DNA of 64,000 bases from an uncultured delta proteobacterium. Its GTDB lineage: Bacteria > Desulfobacterota > Desulfobacteria > Desulfobacterales > Desulfatirhabdiaceae. Positions 45,703 through 57,217 of this stretch are shown here, one piece after another. The first letter of the stretch is position 1. Every line of letters starts with the position of its first letter. The position numbers and the translations under genes were made by a program. Location of the stretch: contig CAWBKP010000011.1 in the NCBI GenBank assembly GCA_963789395.1, forward strand, positions 128,001 through 192,000. Reading direction: 5' to 3'. The notes beneath the pieces are model-generated. The model made no database searches and was not told the DNA's origin. It was given only the letters and a program-made list of their open reading frames with translations.

Positions 45703-46138
45703 TCGACCATCACCGCCAGTTATCATGAATCCATTTTAAGCTGACCCGTCAAAGCCCTTGTCAAAGGGCCCCGGAAAACAAGGTGCCCTCAGTCGTCGGT
45801 AACAGGTTGAGGATTTTCATAAAAATATGTAATTTTTCCAGCGGCGCCAGTCTGGTTCTTGCAGGCAATTTCGAAAACAAAGGCTTTTGCACCTATTAAT
45901 CTGAAGACCTGGACATAAATAACTGAAAATTTGTGAACTTCATCTGAAAGGACGCCATAAATGACAGTTTCATTCTTCCCATAGGACTCCTCCAAAGGAT
46001 ATGATTTACTGTGCTCAAGGTCCCCTATTCGGTATAAACCAAATTATTTGACAGTCATGACAGCTTTATAATAGCGGTAACAGATTAGCTTTTTGAAAAT
46101 TTATCACAAATAGCTGACGTCAGAAGAAGTTTTCTGAT

Positions 46139-46471
46139 ATGTTGCTATCCATGATCGATGGAAGCCACAAAGAGCCGGTTGTTTTTCGTTATCGGGGCAA
46201 AGACCTGACCGCTGATGACATCACGTTCATTAATGAGATCATCGAGCGGGATAATAGTCATGGCCGCAGTTACATTGCCCGGCAGCTCTGTGAAGCCTGG
46301 CAATGGAGACAACCCAACGGCAATTTCAAAGAATATGCTGCCAGAGATCTTCTGCTACGGCTTGAAGAAAATGACTTTATTCTGCTGCCAGCCCGTAAGC
46401 GGCCTAAGAATAACAGCAAAATCAAAAACTTTGATCAGATTCCGCAATATCAAAGAAAGGAGTGCAAATGA
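46139..46471 (+). pseudogene. Truncated DUF4338/DruA-like protein (N-terminal fragment)
   Basis: YRGKDLTADDITFI...GRSYIARQLCEAWQWRQPNGNFKEYAARDLLLRLE...ILLP resembles the N-terminus of transposon-associated DUF4338 proteins; ends at the next gene's RBS. Confidence 0.6.
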
Positions 46472-46925
46472 AATCATTTTTAAAAATACTGACCGGTCTC
46501 ATTGTTATCGCCTTATTCAACATTGCAGTTGTTATAAATGCAAATGCCGGCGACTACCTTGGAGATTTCTGCTGGAATTTTTCAATCACGAACAATGGCT
46601 CGCCGGTTTCTGGCACAATCCGGTTGGGCATTAACCATATTGGAGGCGGACATTGTACCTTAGCGGCATTATTACTGTTACCGCACCGGCTTTTCTTCAA
46701 TTTACAACTTTCGGAAACCTGGAATTTCTTAGCAATGAAATCCGCGGCACGATTACTAATCAGGGTAAGAGATTTGACAATCAAGGCAATTATACCGTTG
46801 GCATGGATATGTCTACCATCAGCTTGGACCCCAATACCCTAAACGGAACGATAGAAGGGTTTGGTATCTATAATGAGAAAAGCGAACTTTCAAAGGGTAC
46901 CGTAACTTTCACCAGCTGTCCATAG
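46468..46925 (+). CDS. Exported hypothetical protein (frameshift near 46660)
   Basis: RBS gaaaggag; signal peptide ending ANA; continues in ORF 46653..46925, ending TSCP. Confidence 0.65.
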
Positions 46926-46981
46926 CGTCAGATTTATCACCAAGGCACTTAATCCGTCGTTTCCATGGGTTATGCATGGAC

Positions 46982-47056
46982 TGATGTGATAGGGAATTTG
47001 TGGACACTTTCTTAAGACTGATTTTATAATCCTTGAGGAGGTGTCCAATGAAAAAG
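46982..47056 (+). mobile_element. IS3-family-like left-end remnant
   Basis: TG start; TGGACAC (47001)...GTGTCCA (47041) internal inverted repeat overlapping RBS gaggaggt and ATG AAA AAG; no transposase follows. Confidence 0.45.
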
Positions 47057-47228
47057 CTCCTCTCCACAATAGGTTGCCAGAATGTTGAGTATTCACTTCC
47101 CGGTTTTCTCATGCATACCATTCGGATCCTTAAAGATGGCAGGACTCAACAAGAATGCAAGAATTCTTGATTTTCCAAATATAGTTCACGGGTATTCTGA
47201 TTAGATAACTCAGACCAAACAGCAATGA

Positions 47229-47300
47229 ACCTCTTTTACGGACGCCATCTCTTAATACATCCAATCGAATCTTTGTCCAAATATCCATATTTTTGTACGC
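47229..47300 (-). mobile_element. IS21-family transposase (IstA) N-terminal remnant
   Basis: Minus strand reads YKNMDIWTKIRLDVLRDGVRKR after a purine-rich RBS, then diverges. Confidence 0.4.
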
Positions 47301-47610
47301 CCTTTCCCCTTCTGTATAACACGATGGTATACATCTTATTTGTTAAATTTATACCATCACCAAATAAAGAAGGCTGAGTTGGGGTGTCACACTTTTAAAC
47401 CCCCTTCAACAGGGTAATGTCTGGTTCGGAAGTCTTTTAAATCATTTGACAGAAATAGCCGCATTCAACAACGAATACGCGTATTACAAACCGAATCAAC
47501 CTGTAATCCAGAAAACCATTTGGCTATGATATCAGTTCATTAATCTGAATTATGATTCCTTATGTTATTTTTTGCTTGCCAGGGATTATAATATAAGATA
47601 AATTACTAAT

Positions 47611-47625
47611 TAAGATATTATCTTA
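47611..47625. promoter_or_regulatory. Candidate Per/Fur box
   Basis: Perfect 7-1-7 palindrome TAAGATA-T-TATCTTA, 17 nt upstream of the Fur-family start. Confidence 0.6.
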
Positions 47626-47642
47626 TATAAAGGCATCTTTTA

Positions 47643-48137
47643 ATGGGTAAAGACAAATTCCAGGAACACCTCAGTGATTTTGAAGGCGCCTGTCGCAATG
47701 CAGGTCTAAAATTTACCCATCAGCGTCTTGAAATCTATCGCGAGCTGGCCGCTTCCACGGATCATCCTTCAGCAGAGGTGTTGCATCGCCGACTGATCAA
47801 GAAAGTCCCTATGCTTGCAATGGATACCGTTTACAGGACGCTGAGAATACTCAGCCAGCACGGTCTGATTCACAAGATAGAAACAATAGAGAGCCAGGCT
47901 CGGTTTGAAGTGGTATTCGAGCGTCATCAACATCTGATTTGCCGACAATGCCGGCAGGTTATTGATTTCCAGTGGCCATCGATTGATGACGTCTCGCTGC
48001 CGGATGAACTCAAGCACTGGGGTAAAATCGACAGCCGAAATGTCGTTATCTATGGAATCTGCAATAACTGCAGCCTGACAAAAACAAATAACAACATGGA
48101 GATAAGCAATGACAGAGACAAGCAAATTGACAAATAA
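47643..48137 (+). CDS. perR: Fur family transcriptional repressor, PerR-like
   Basis: THQRLEIY, DHPSAE, DTVYRTL, HQHLICRQC, YGICNNC; upstream of catalase genes. Confidence 0.8.
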   Translation: MGKDKFQEHLSDFEGACRNAGLKFTHQRLEIYRELAASTDHPSAEVLHRRLIKKVPMLAMDTVYRTLRILSQHGLIHKIETIESQARFEVVFERHQHLICRQCRQVIDFQWPSIDDVSLPDELKHWGKIDSRNVVIYGICNNCSLTKTNNNMEISNDRDKQIDK

Positions 48138-48186
48138 TCTGGTGCCCCGTCGCTGATAATCGGAATGTAAAGACAGCCGGCCCCGG
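48109..48186 (+). pseudogene. katA: 5' relic of a monofunctional heme catalase
   Basis: RBS ggag + ATG; allowing two 1-nt deletions it reads MTETSKLTNN[A]GA[P]VADNRNVKTAGP, the catalase N-terminus, then breaks off. Confidence 0.6.
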
Positions 48187-48329
48187 ATTTTGCACTCAAA
48201 AACAGCGTGACGTTCTTCTAACGATCCTTCAAGTCCATCATTGTTACTCTAATCATTTGATACGTCCGCTAAAGTTAATTGGATTGTTGGGCACCGGAGC
48301 ACGATATTCATAAGCAGCACGGTGCATAA

Positions 48330-50552
<2,223 letters not shown>

Positions 50553-50683
50553 TCATAGCATAAACGTCTTTGACGGCTTCTGAAGCGAATTCAGAACTGC
50601 AAATCGGATGATCAGGAAGCGATAGCCGCCAGAGGAATGACGTATGTTTTAAACGCTCACGGAAGCTATTCGCAACCAATGAA

Positions 50684-50723
50684 GGCGGCGTTTCAATACA
50701 GGCTGAAACGCCGCCATTTCTTT
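50684..50723 (+). terminator. Terminator hairpin downstream of katG
   Basis: ggcggcgtttca-N8-tgaaacgccgcc then atttcttt. Confidence 0.7.
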
Positions 50724-51261
50724 AGGCCCTTACAGACTGCCGGTCACAGAATCGGAGCCAAAAACACATAACATGAGCGCCTCAAGGCTGACACCTTTCA
50801 CGTTGCTCCAGAGGGCACCTTAGGCGAGCGTTCAAGGGTGCAGCCATGTTGAAATCCAAACGGAGACATGCGAGAATGCCAAAGCACTGGGACAGGAAAT
50901 GGCCCGTAAACTGGCAGAGAAAGGCGCATATAGTCTCTTGATGACAGGATTCAATATTTTCTAAAGGGGTGATCCTCCTGCACTTCCCTTTGTCCGAACT
51001 TTGAGTGATGCACCGCAAAAAAACAAGATAAAGGGAGTTGATAATGATATAATCATCACCTGTATGACCCATATTATGGGGTGAATATTCTTGATATATT
51101 GCGAGCGTGTGATATTTTTGCTTGTGTGTCTTTTCGAGAAAAACTGCAAAGCCCAACTTGAGTATTTCATAAGCGTTTTTCAAAAACTATTTGGGACTTG
51201 CAAAAAGTCGGCTCATAAGCTTTCTTAATTATACAGTATATTGAGAGGTGCCATGTAGGAC

Positions 51262-52110
51262 ATGGAAAAATCTGCAGAATTAATAAATGGCGACCCGATA
51301 AATGAGTTTCAACTTTGCGCCATGGCAATACTCGATGAATTTCTTGAAAAACAGAATTCATTAATTTATCCGCCCTTGAAAATTCAACCAGACTTTCATA
51401 CAGATGAAAAAGCCTATGAGACTTCCAGCAGAAGGGCCTGTGCTTGGCCGGTTTTTATTGAAAAATCAGGAGAAGCATTCATGCTGCATTTGTGCGAAGA
51501 AAAGTTGCATTCCCTGTCTTTTCCTGCTCTGCAAGGTTGGTTGATCCACCATGCCGCCTTGTGTATTCCGAAACTGCAGCCTGTATTTTATTCGTGCAAT
51601 TTTCTTAAGAATATCTATCCGCTCATGCCGGTATCCGGCCTGGCCACGAATCACATTCTGCAGGTCATTTCACATCTTGAACGGGCGCTGCAGCAGTATA
51701 TGATTGTCGAATCCCTGATCGCTATGGGCTACGGGATTTCTCAGTGCCACTACTACTTTCACAAAGTCAGTGAGGATCCGGAAGATTTCGAAACTTACAA
51801 CCTGCTCATCCCGCATGGTTGGAGTCGGTCACTTTTCATTTGTCGAATATTGGAAAATTATATGGGAATTTCTGTTCTGGCACGGCAAAGCGTCCATTTG
51901 TCAACGGAACTGGAATCATTTTGGTTGGATGGTCACAGGTATGTACTCCCGAGCGATTTGGCTCTTATTAATAGCATCAGCCAGATTCCAGCACTGTTGA
52001 ACACTAGCCAATATTGCGATAAAGTCGTAGAGATGTTCAAAGCAGTTAAAGATACTCTTTTGCAACCCAAACCAGGTGAAACAGAAGGCCGCTCAGTTAC
52101 CATCCATTAA
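51262..52110 (+). CDS. Hypothetical protein
   Basis: 282-aa ORF with possible RBS and no competing long ORF; no family recognised. Confidence 0.65.
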   Translation: MEKSAELINGDPINEFQLCAMAILDEFLEKQNSLIYPPLKIQPDFHTDEKAYETSSRRACAWPVFIEKSGEAFMLHLCEEKLHSLSFPALQGWLIHHAALCIPKLQPVFYSCNFLKNIYPLMPVSGLATNHILQVISHLERALQQYMIVESLIAMGYGISQCHYYFHKVSEDPEDFETYNLLIPHGWSRSLFICRILENYMGISVLARQSVHLSTELESFWLDGHRYVLPSDLALINSISQIPALLNTSQYCDKVVEMFKAVKDTLLQPKPGETEGRSVTIH

Positions 52111-52272
52111 ATATTGAAATAACAGGCGCGAAATCATCAACTCCAGCAAAAGACAATTCCTGTGATTTTGAGTTCTGAATTTGAGCGGTTCACAGCGGCG
52201 ACGTTTCAATAGAATTCCTTAAATGTCAAACTCTGTGGGTCCCCCGGCTTAGCGGTATTTGCCCTAAATTGA

Positions 52273-53727
52273 TTATCTGGTATATGGCGATGAGGTAGTA
52301 TTTCCGCCTTCCCCTGTCCAGTTGGTGTGAAAAAACTCTCCCCGAGGTCTGTCTACCCTTTCATAGGTATGCGCACCAAAATAATCACGCTGTGCCTGAA
52401 GCAAATTGGCCGGCAGCCTGGCGGTGCGGAAGCCGTCATAATAGGTGAGCGCGCTGGAATGGCAGGGTGATGGAATGCCGTTCTCGATTGCCGTCATAAG
52501 AACACGACGCAGACTGTCCTGAGCCTGCGCTGTTTTTTCTCGAAAATACGGTGCAAGCAGTAGGTTGTCCAGTTCCGGCTTTTCCCGGTAGGCATCTGTT
52601 ATTCTATCAAGGAAAACAGAGCGGATGATACAGCCGCCACGCCATATCCTGGCGATCTCGCCATAGTTGAGGGCCCAGCCGTATTCTTTGGAGGCTTCCC
52701 GCATCAGATTAAAGCCCTGGGCATAGGAAATTATCTTTGCAATATAGAGTGCTTTTTCCAACGCGGCAAGAAACTGGTCTTTGTTCCCGGTGTATTTGGC
52801 TACCGGCCCCGGCAGCAGCGTTGACGCCTGAACCCGCTGATCTTTTTGCGCTGAAAGACATCTGGCAAAGACCGATTCGCTGATAAGAGACAGCGGAACG
52901 CCACCATCCAATGCAGCAATAACCGTCCATTTGCCGGTACCTTTCTGCCCGGCTGCATCCAGAATGGTGTCGATGAGAGGCGTGTTGTCCGTATCTTTGA
53001 AGGCCAGAATGTCTCCAGTGATTTCGATAAGATAACTGCTCAGCTCCCCTGTGTTCCACCGGGCAAAGATCTGGTGCATTTCATCTGCCGACATCTTCAG
53101 CACATCCTTCATGATATGGTATGACTCGCAGATCAGCTGCATGTCACCGTATTCGATGCCGTTATGGACCATTTTTACAAAATGACCGGCCCCGCCATTG
53201 CCCATCCAACTGCAGCAGAAAGAGCCGTCAGCCACTTTTGCTGAAATAGGTACCAGGATTGGTTGCAGATCCTTCCATGCAGAAAAAGAGCCTCCCGGCA
53301 TTATGGACGGCCCTTTCAAAGCACCCTCTTCACCACCTGAAACGCCTGTTCCAATATATCGCAACCCCTTTTCTTCCATAAAGGCCACACGCCGCTCGGT
53401 ATCATGATAGTTTGAGTTGCCGCCATCGATAACAATGTCGCCTTCTTCAAGGTAAGGAAGCAGTTGCTCGATAAAGGCATCTACCACAGCTCCTGCCTGC
53501 AGCATCATCATCACCTTGCGAGGACATTCAAGAGAGCCGACAAATTCCTTAACAGTGAGAAAGCCACGAATGCTTTTTCCCTTTGCCCGGCCTGACAGAA
53601 ATGTATCAACCTTTGCAGTAGTCCGGTTGAATACGGACACTGAAAAGCCTTTACTTGCCATATTCAGCACCAGATTTTCTCCCATAACGGCCAGACCGGC
53701 GACACCTATGTCGGATAACTTGCTCAT
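52273..53727 (-). CDS. gnd: 6-phosphogluconate dehydrogenase, NADP-dependent, decarboxylating
   Basis: GLAVMGENL, GVSGGEEGA, VKMVHNGIEYGDMQLI, QKGTGKW, QAQRDYFGAHTY. Confidence 0.97.
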   Translation of the reverse strand: MSKLSDIGVAGLAVMGENLVLNMASKGFSVSVFNRTTAKVDTFLSGRAKGKSIRGFLTVKEFVGSLECPRKVMMMLQAGAVVDAFIEQLLPYLEEGDIVIDGGNSNYHDTERRVAFMEEKGLRYIGTGVSGGEEGALKGPSIMPGGSFSAWKDLQPILVPISAKVADGSFCCSWMGNGGAGHFVKMVHNGIEYGDMQLICESYHIMKDVLKMSADEMHQIFARWNTGELSSYLIEITGDILAFKDTDNTPLIDTILDAAGQKGTGKWTVIAALDGGVPLSLISESVFARCLSAQKDQRVQASTLLPGPVAKYTGNKDQFLAALEKALYIAKIISYAQGFNLMREASKEYGWALNYGEIARIWRGGCIIRSVFLDRITDAYREKPELDNLLLAPYFREKTAQAQDSLRRVLMTAIENGIPSPCHSSALTYYDGFRTARLPANLLQAQRDYFGAHTYERVDRPRGEFFHTNWTGEGGNTTSSPYTR

Positions 53728-53951
53728 TGAAAATCCCATGAAATTTCTAATCAATTTTATTAAGTGTCAGCTCAGAAGCATGTTTACAACGGTCTGACCT
53801 ATGGTCGTTTTTCCCCATCCCATTGGACCAAGTACGGCAATGACCATCACACACCTGAAAGGGAAAAAGCCGGGATGACCTTGATTCGTGGTTTTTCAAG
53901 ACCATTTTCCATGCGGCCGATGCCGCGAACATGATGCGGTCTTCTTACCCC

Positions 53952-54767
53952 CTACCCTTTTACCGCACCCATTGTCAGGCCTTTGACCACATATTTCTGG
54001 AAAATCATGGTCAGGATAATTGCCGGAGTCATGATCGCAACGGCAGCCGCCATCACCCCGCCCCAATCAACTTCCGCGTAGGAAACGAAGTTGTAGACCG
54101 CGATGGGCAGCGTCTTGGTTTTTTCCATACTGAGAACCTGGGAAAACATGAAATTGTTCCAGGAGAAGATGAACGACAGGGTTGTTGCGGTAATTATGCC
54201 CGGTCCCGACAGCGGCAGAATAATGGCAAAAAAAGCATATTGACGGGTCGCCCCGTCCACCATTGCCGACTCCTCCATCTCGCGAGGAATCGTGTTGAAA
54301 TACGTCGTCATGATCCATACCACGATCGGCAGTGCGATGAGTATATGGCTCAGGATCAGCGCCGTGTAGCTGTCCATAAGATTCAAGCGTGAAAAAACAA
54401 TGTACCAGGGTACAAGAAAGGAAATCCCCGGCATGAGGCGGGCCAGAAGAATAAAGACCGAGAGTGTCTTTTGCGTGTACCGCGCAATTGAATACGCCGC
54501 CGGTAGCCCCAGTACCAGCGATAATCCAACGGAAACAATTCCGACGATTGTCGAATTCATGAAGTATTTCAGAAAATCCTGCTCTTCGAAAACTTTCACA
54601 TAATTCTGAAGCGTCGGCGAAAAAAACAATTTCGGCGGCCAGGAAATAATATCGACCTGTGTTTTAAAGGATGATGACAGCATCCAGAGAAACGGAAACA
54701 ATACGATGAGCGCAATCCCTGTAACGGTAAGATAAAAAAGTATATTTGATATGCGTTTCCTGTTCAT
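53952..54767 (-). CDS. Carbohydrate ABC transporter permease (MalG-like)
   Basis: PREMEESAMVDGA EAA loop, FIFSWNNF, TLPIA. Confidence 0.92.
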   Translation of the reverse strand: MNRKRISNILFYLTVTGIALIVLFPFLWMLSSSFKTQVDIISWPPKLFFSPTLQNYVKVFEEQDFLKYFMNSTIVGIVSVGLSLVLGLPAAYSIARYTQKTLSVFILLARLMPGISFLVPWYIVFSRLNLMDSYTALILSHILIALPIVVWIMTTYFNTIPREMEESAMVDGATRQYAFFAIILPLSGPGIITATTLSFIFSWNNFMFSQVLSMEKTKTLPIAVYNFVSYAEVDWGGVMAAAVAIMTPAIILTMIFQKYVVKGLTMGAVKG

Positions 54768-54777
54768 CGCGGGCTCC

Positions 54778-55656
54778 TCAAATTTCCGAAGATCTGCGCA
54801 ACTTCATGATTCCAAGGCTGCATCCGAAAACAACAAGGAACAGCACAACAAGTACGACTGAAGATTGTCCCATGCGGAAATATTCGAAGCTGTATTTGTA
54901 TGCCATGATATTCAGTGTCTCCGACGCATAGCCGGGGCCGCCTCCCGTCATGGCATAAATGATATCGAAGGTTTTAAGCGCATCGATCAACCGGAGGATT
55001 GTTGCGGTCAAAATGACCGGCATGAGCATGGGAATCGTGACATATCTCAGTATCTGCAATTCACTTGCGCCATCCACGTGTGCCGCTTCAATCGGCTCGT
55101 TTGAGAGGCCCGCAAGACCTGCAAGCACAATAAGCGTGATCATGGGTGTCCACTGCCAGACATCGACAATGATCAGTGAAGGCAGCACCGATACCGCACT
55201 CGAGACCCACATGCTCTGCGGCAATCCAACAGAATCAAGTACAAAATTGGCAAGTCCGGTTGTCGGATCGAAGAAGAGATTGAAAACAATTCCGACAGCA
55301 ACAGGTGTTGCTACGAGCGGCAGCAGGAGAAGAAGCTTTGCCAGACTCTTCCCGATAAATGCCCGGTTGAGAATGATGGCAATAGCAACCCCGAGTACAC
55401 CTTCTATTGCCACCGCAAAAAAAGTAAAAAGAAACGTCCTGGTCAACGCATGTAAAAAACGCGGTTCCGTCAGCACCCGCACATAGCTCCTCAATCCGAC
55501 AAAAGAAAGGGGAGAGCCGGAAGTCAGATTCCAGTTGGTAAAACTCAGGAAAAGAGTATAGAGAACGGGAAACACCATCAGCATGGCGACAAAAATGATC
55601 GCAGGCAGAGGAAACAATATCTGCAGATTCCGTTCCGTAAAACTAGAATGAGCCAT
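54778..55656 (-). CDS. Carbohydrate ABC transporter permease (MalF-like)
   Basis: DVWQWTP, IEAAHVDGA, FDIIYAMTGGGPG. Confidence 0.92.
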   Translation of the reverse strand: MAHSSFTERNLQILFPLPAIIFVAMLMVFPVLYTLFLSFTNWNLTSGSPLSFVGLRSYVRVLTEPRFLHALTRTFLFTFFAVAIEGVLGVAIAIILNRAFIGKSLAKLLLLLPLVATPVAVGIVFNLFFDPTTGLANFVLDSVGLPQSMWVSSAVSVLPSLIIVDVWQWTPMITLIVLAGLAGLSNEPIEAAHVDGASELQILRYVTIPMLMPVILTATILRLIDALKTFDIIYAMTGGGPGYASETLNIMAYKYSFEYFRMGQSSVVLVVLFLVVFGCSLGIMKLRRSSEI

Positions 55657-55700
55657 AGGGTGCCTTTGAAATTACAACTGCGTGTAACCACTCACGTATT

Positions 55701-55768
55701 CAAGAGTCAGAATTCAGAAGCCAGAATGTTGGATGCGAGCCATTCTGGATTCTGACCCCTGAATTCTG
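55701..55768. repeat. Hairpin built from inverted heptamer repeats
   Basis: caagagt cagaatt cagaagc cagaatg-N12-cattctg gattctg acccctg aattctg. Confidence 0.7.
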
Positions 55769-55797
55769 TATACCTGCGCAGCTACAACTCCTTAAGA

Positions 55798-57054
55798 TTA
55801 CTTGCCGTATTCGCCGGTGTCCTGAAGAATCTCATTCACTTTGGCAACGTTTACTTTTGCCATTTTTTCAAGATTGGCCGATTCGCCCTTGGTATTGATG
55901 GATTCGATAACCAGTTCACCGATCAAGTCACGGGCTTCACCAACGGCACTCATGTAGGGTCGGTCCAGCGGATTGCCGTTCTTGGCTGCATAGGCGCGTG
56001 TTTCAACAAGACCGGGATTGACTTTTGCAAGAATCGCCTTGTCTTCCCAAACCGATGAGCGTGCCATGGTGATGTTGGCGAGCATTGCTTTGGCTGCAAG
56101 CTCTTTGCTTGTCGCCCACTCAAGAAACTTCATCGCCAGCTCCTTGTTCTTTGATTGTTTGGCAATGGCGATGCCCCAGGAAGTCACGATGAAAGGGGAA
56201 TTCATTTTGGGCCCGGCCGGGAAATTGGCAATCCCGACATTCTCTGCAGCTACCTGAGTCTTGGCAGGATCGACAACCTGGCCATAAAACACGGATGCAT
56301 CCGTCCACATGGCGACCTTGCCGGCCTGGAACAGCGGCATGATGTTTTCCCACGACATGGAAGTGACGCCTTTGGGACCGTAGTTACCCAGCATCATACC
56401 GTAAAAACGGATCGCATCGATGGCCGGTTTAGAATCAAAAACGGCAACGCCATTGTCGAGGTAAAGCCCGCCATAGTTGTAAACGTAGCTGGACAACTGG
56501 GTAACTGCGGCGGCACCCTTGCCTCGGGATGCGAATCCCGCGATATTATCCGAATTGATTTTTTTTGCCGTGGCTTCCAGTTCTGTAAAGTTTTCTGGAA
56601 CCTTGAGTCCGGCTTGCTTGAGAACGTCTTTCCGGTAATACAGAACCTGCCATTCGGTTACCAGTGGGACTATGTAGGCTTTTGGGCCGAAGGAAGCAAC
56701 GCTCATGACGTTCTTGGGGTAATCGGAAAAGTCAAATCCGGTGAGCGGTTCGTACCATCCGTTTTTATAGAACATTTTGCCTTCCTGAAGCGGGCGGGTC
56801 ATGAAGACATCGACGGATGAAGATTTTGTCGCAAACTCGGTCGTCAGTTTCGTCGTGAGCTGTCCCTCCTGAAGACTTTCGGCATTCACCTTGATTCCGG
56901 TGGCGGTTTCAAATTCGGGAATGGCCGCCTTCAGCAGATCACCGTAAGGATGGTTTGCCAAAAGAACCCGAATTTCTTTTGTCTCAGCCATCGCATTGAT
57001 GGACAAACACAGTGAAGACAGTGCAACCAGTGCAGCAAGCAGTAACTTTCTCAT
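55798..57054 (-). CDS. Sugar ABC transporter substrate-binding protein (CUT1)
   Basis: Signal peptide MRKLLL...AMA, FETATGIKV, LYYRKD, SWGIAI; RBS ggagg. Confidence 0.9.
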   Translation of the reverse strand: MRKLLLAALVALSSLCLSINAMAETKEIRVLLANHPYGDLLKAAIPEFETATGIKVNAESLQEGQLTTKLTTEFATKSSSVDVFMTRPLQEGKMFYKNGWYEPLTGFDFSDYPKNVMSVASFGPKAYIVPLVTEWQVLYYRKDVLKQAGLKVPENFTELEATAKKINSDNIAGFASRGKGAAAVTQLSSYVYNYGGLYLDNGVAVFDSKPAIDAIRFYGMMLGNYGPKGVTSMSWENIMPLFQAGKVAMWTDASVFYGQVVDPAKTQVAAENVGIANFPAGPKMNSPFIVTSWGIAIAKQSKNKELAMKFLEWATSKELAAKAMLANITMARSSVWEDKAILAKVNPGLVETRAYAAKNGNPLDRPYMSAVGEARDLIGELVIESINTKGESANLEKMAKVNVAKVNEILQDTGEYGK

Positions 57055-57217
57055 ATATCCTCCGTAAATTAGTTGTGAACTGCACAAGCGACCTTATGAA
57101 AAAGCCGCATTAATCTAAAGCGGCAACGAACCGCCCCGCGAATACAGTAAAAATCAAATCCAAAAAAACCACATCACCGGCCGAACGCAGACCCATCCTC
57201 AGGGGGTTTCCTGCATT

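Noticed and set aside
45789..45995. 68-aa minus-strand ORF after the MFS gene
   Set aside because: Short and unrecognisable; may be a remnant but cannot be supported
46139..46471. Druantia anti-phage system
   Set aside because: Only a short DUF4338-like fragment; no DruE helicase or other dru genes
48216..48292. Integron attC-like site or OxyR box before katG
   Set aside because: TTCTAAC and GTTGGGC are not properly complementary, no inner boxes or integrase were seen, and OxyR ATAG-N7-CTAT spacing does not fit
50782..51183. 133-aa minus-strand ORF
   Set aside because: No motif or RBS; probably spurious in a decayed region
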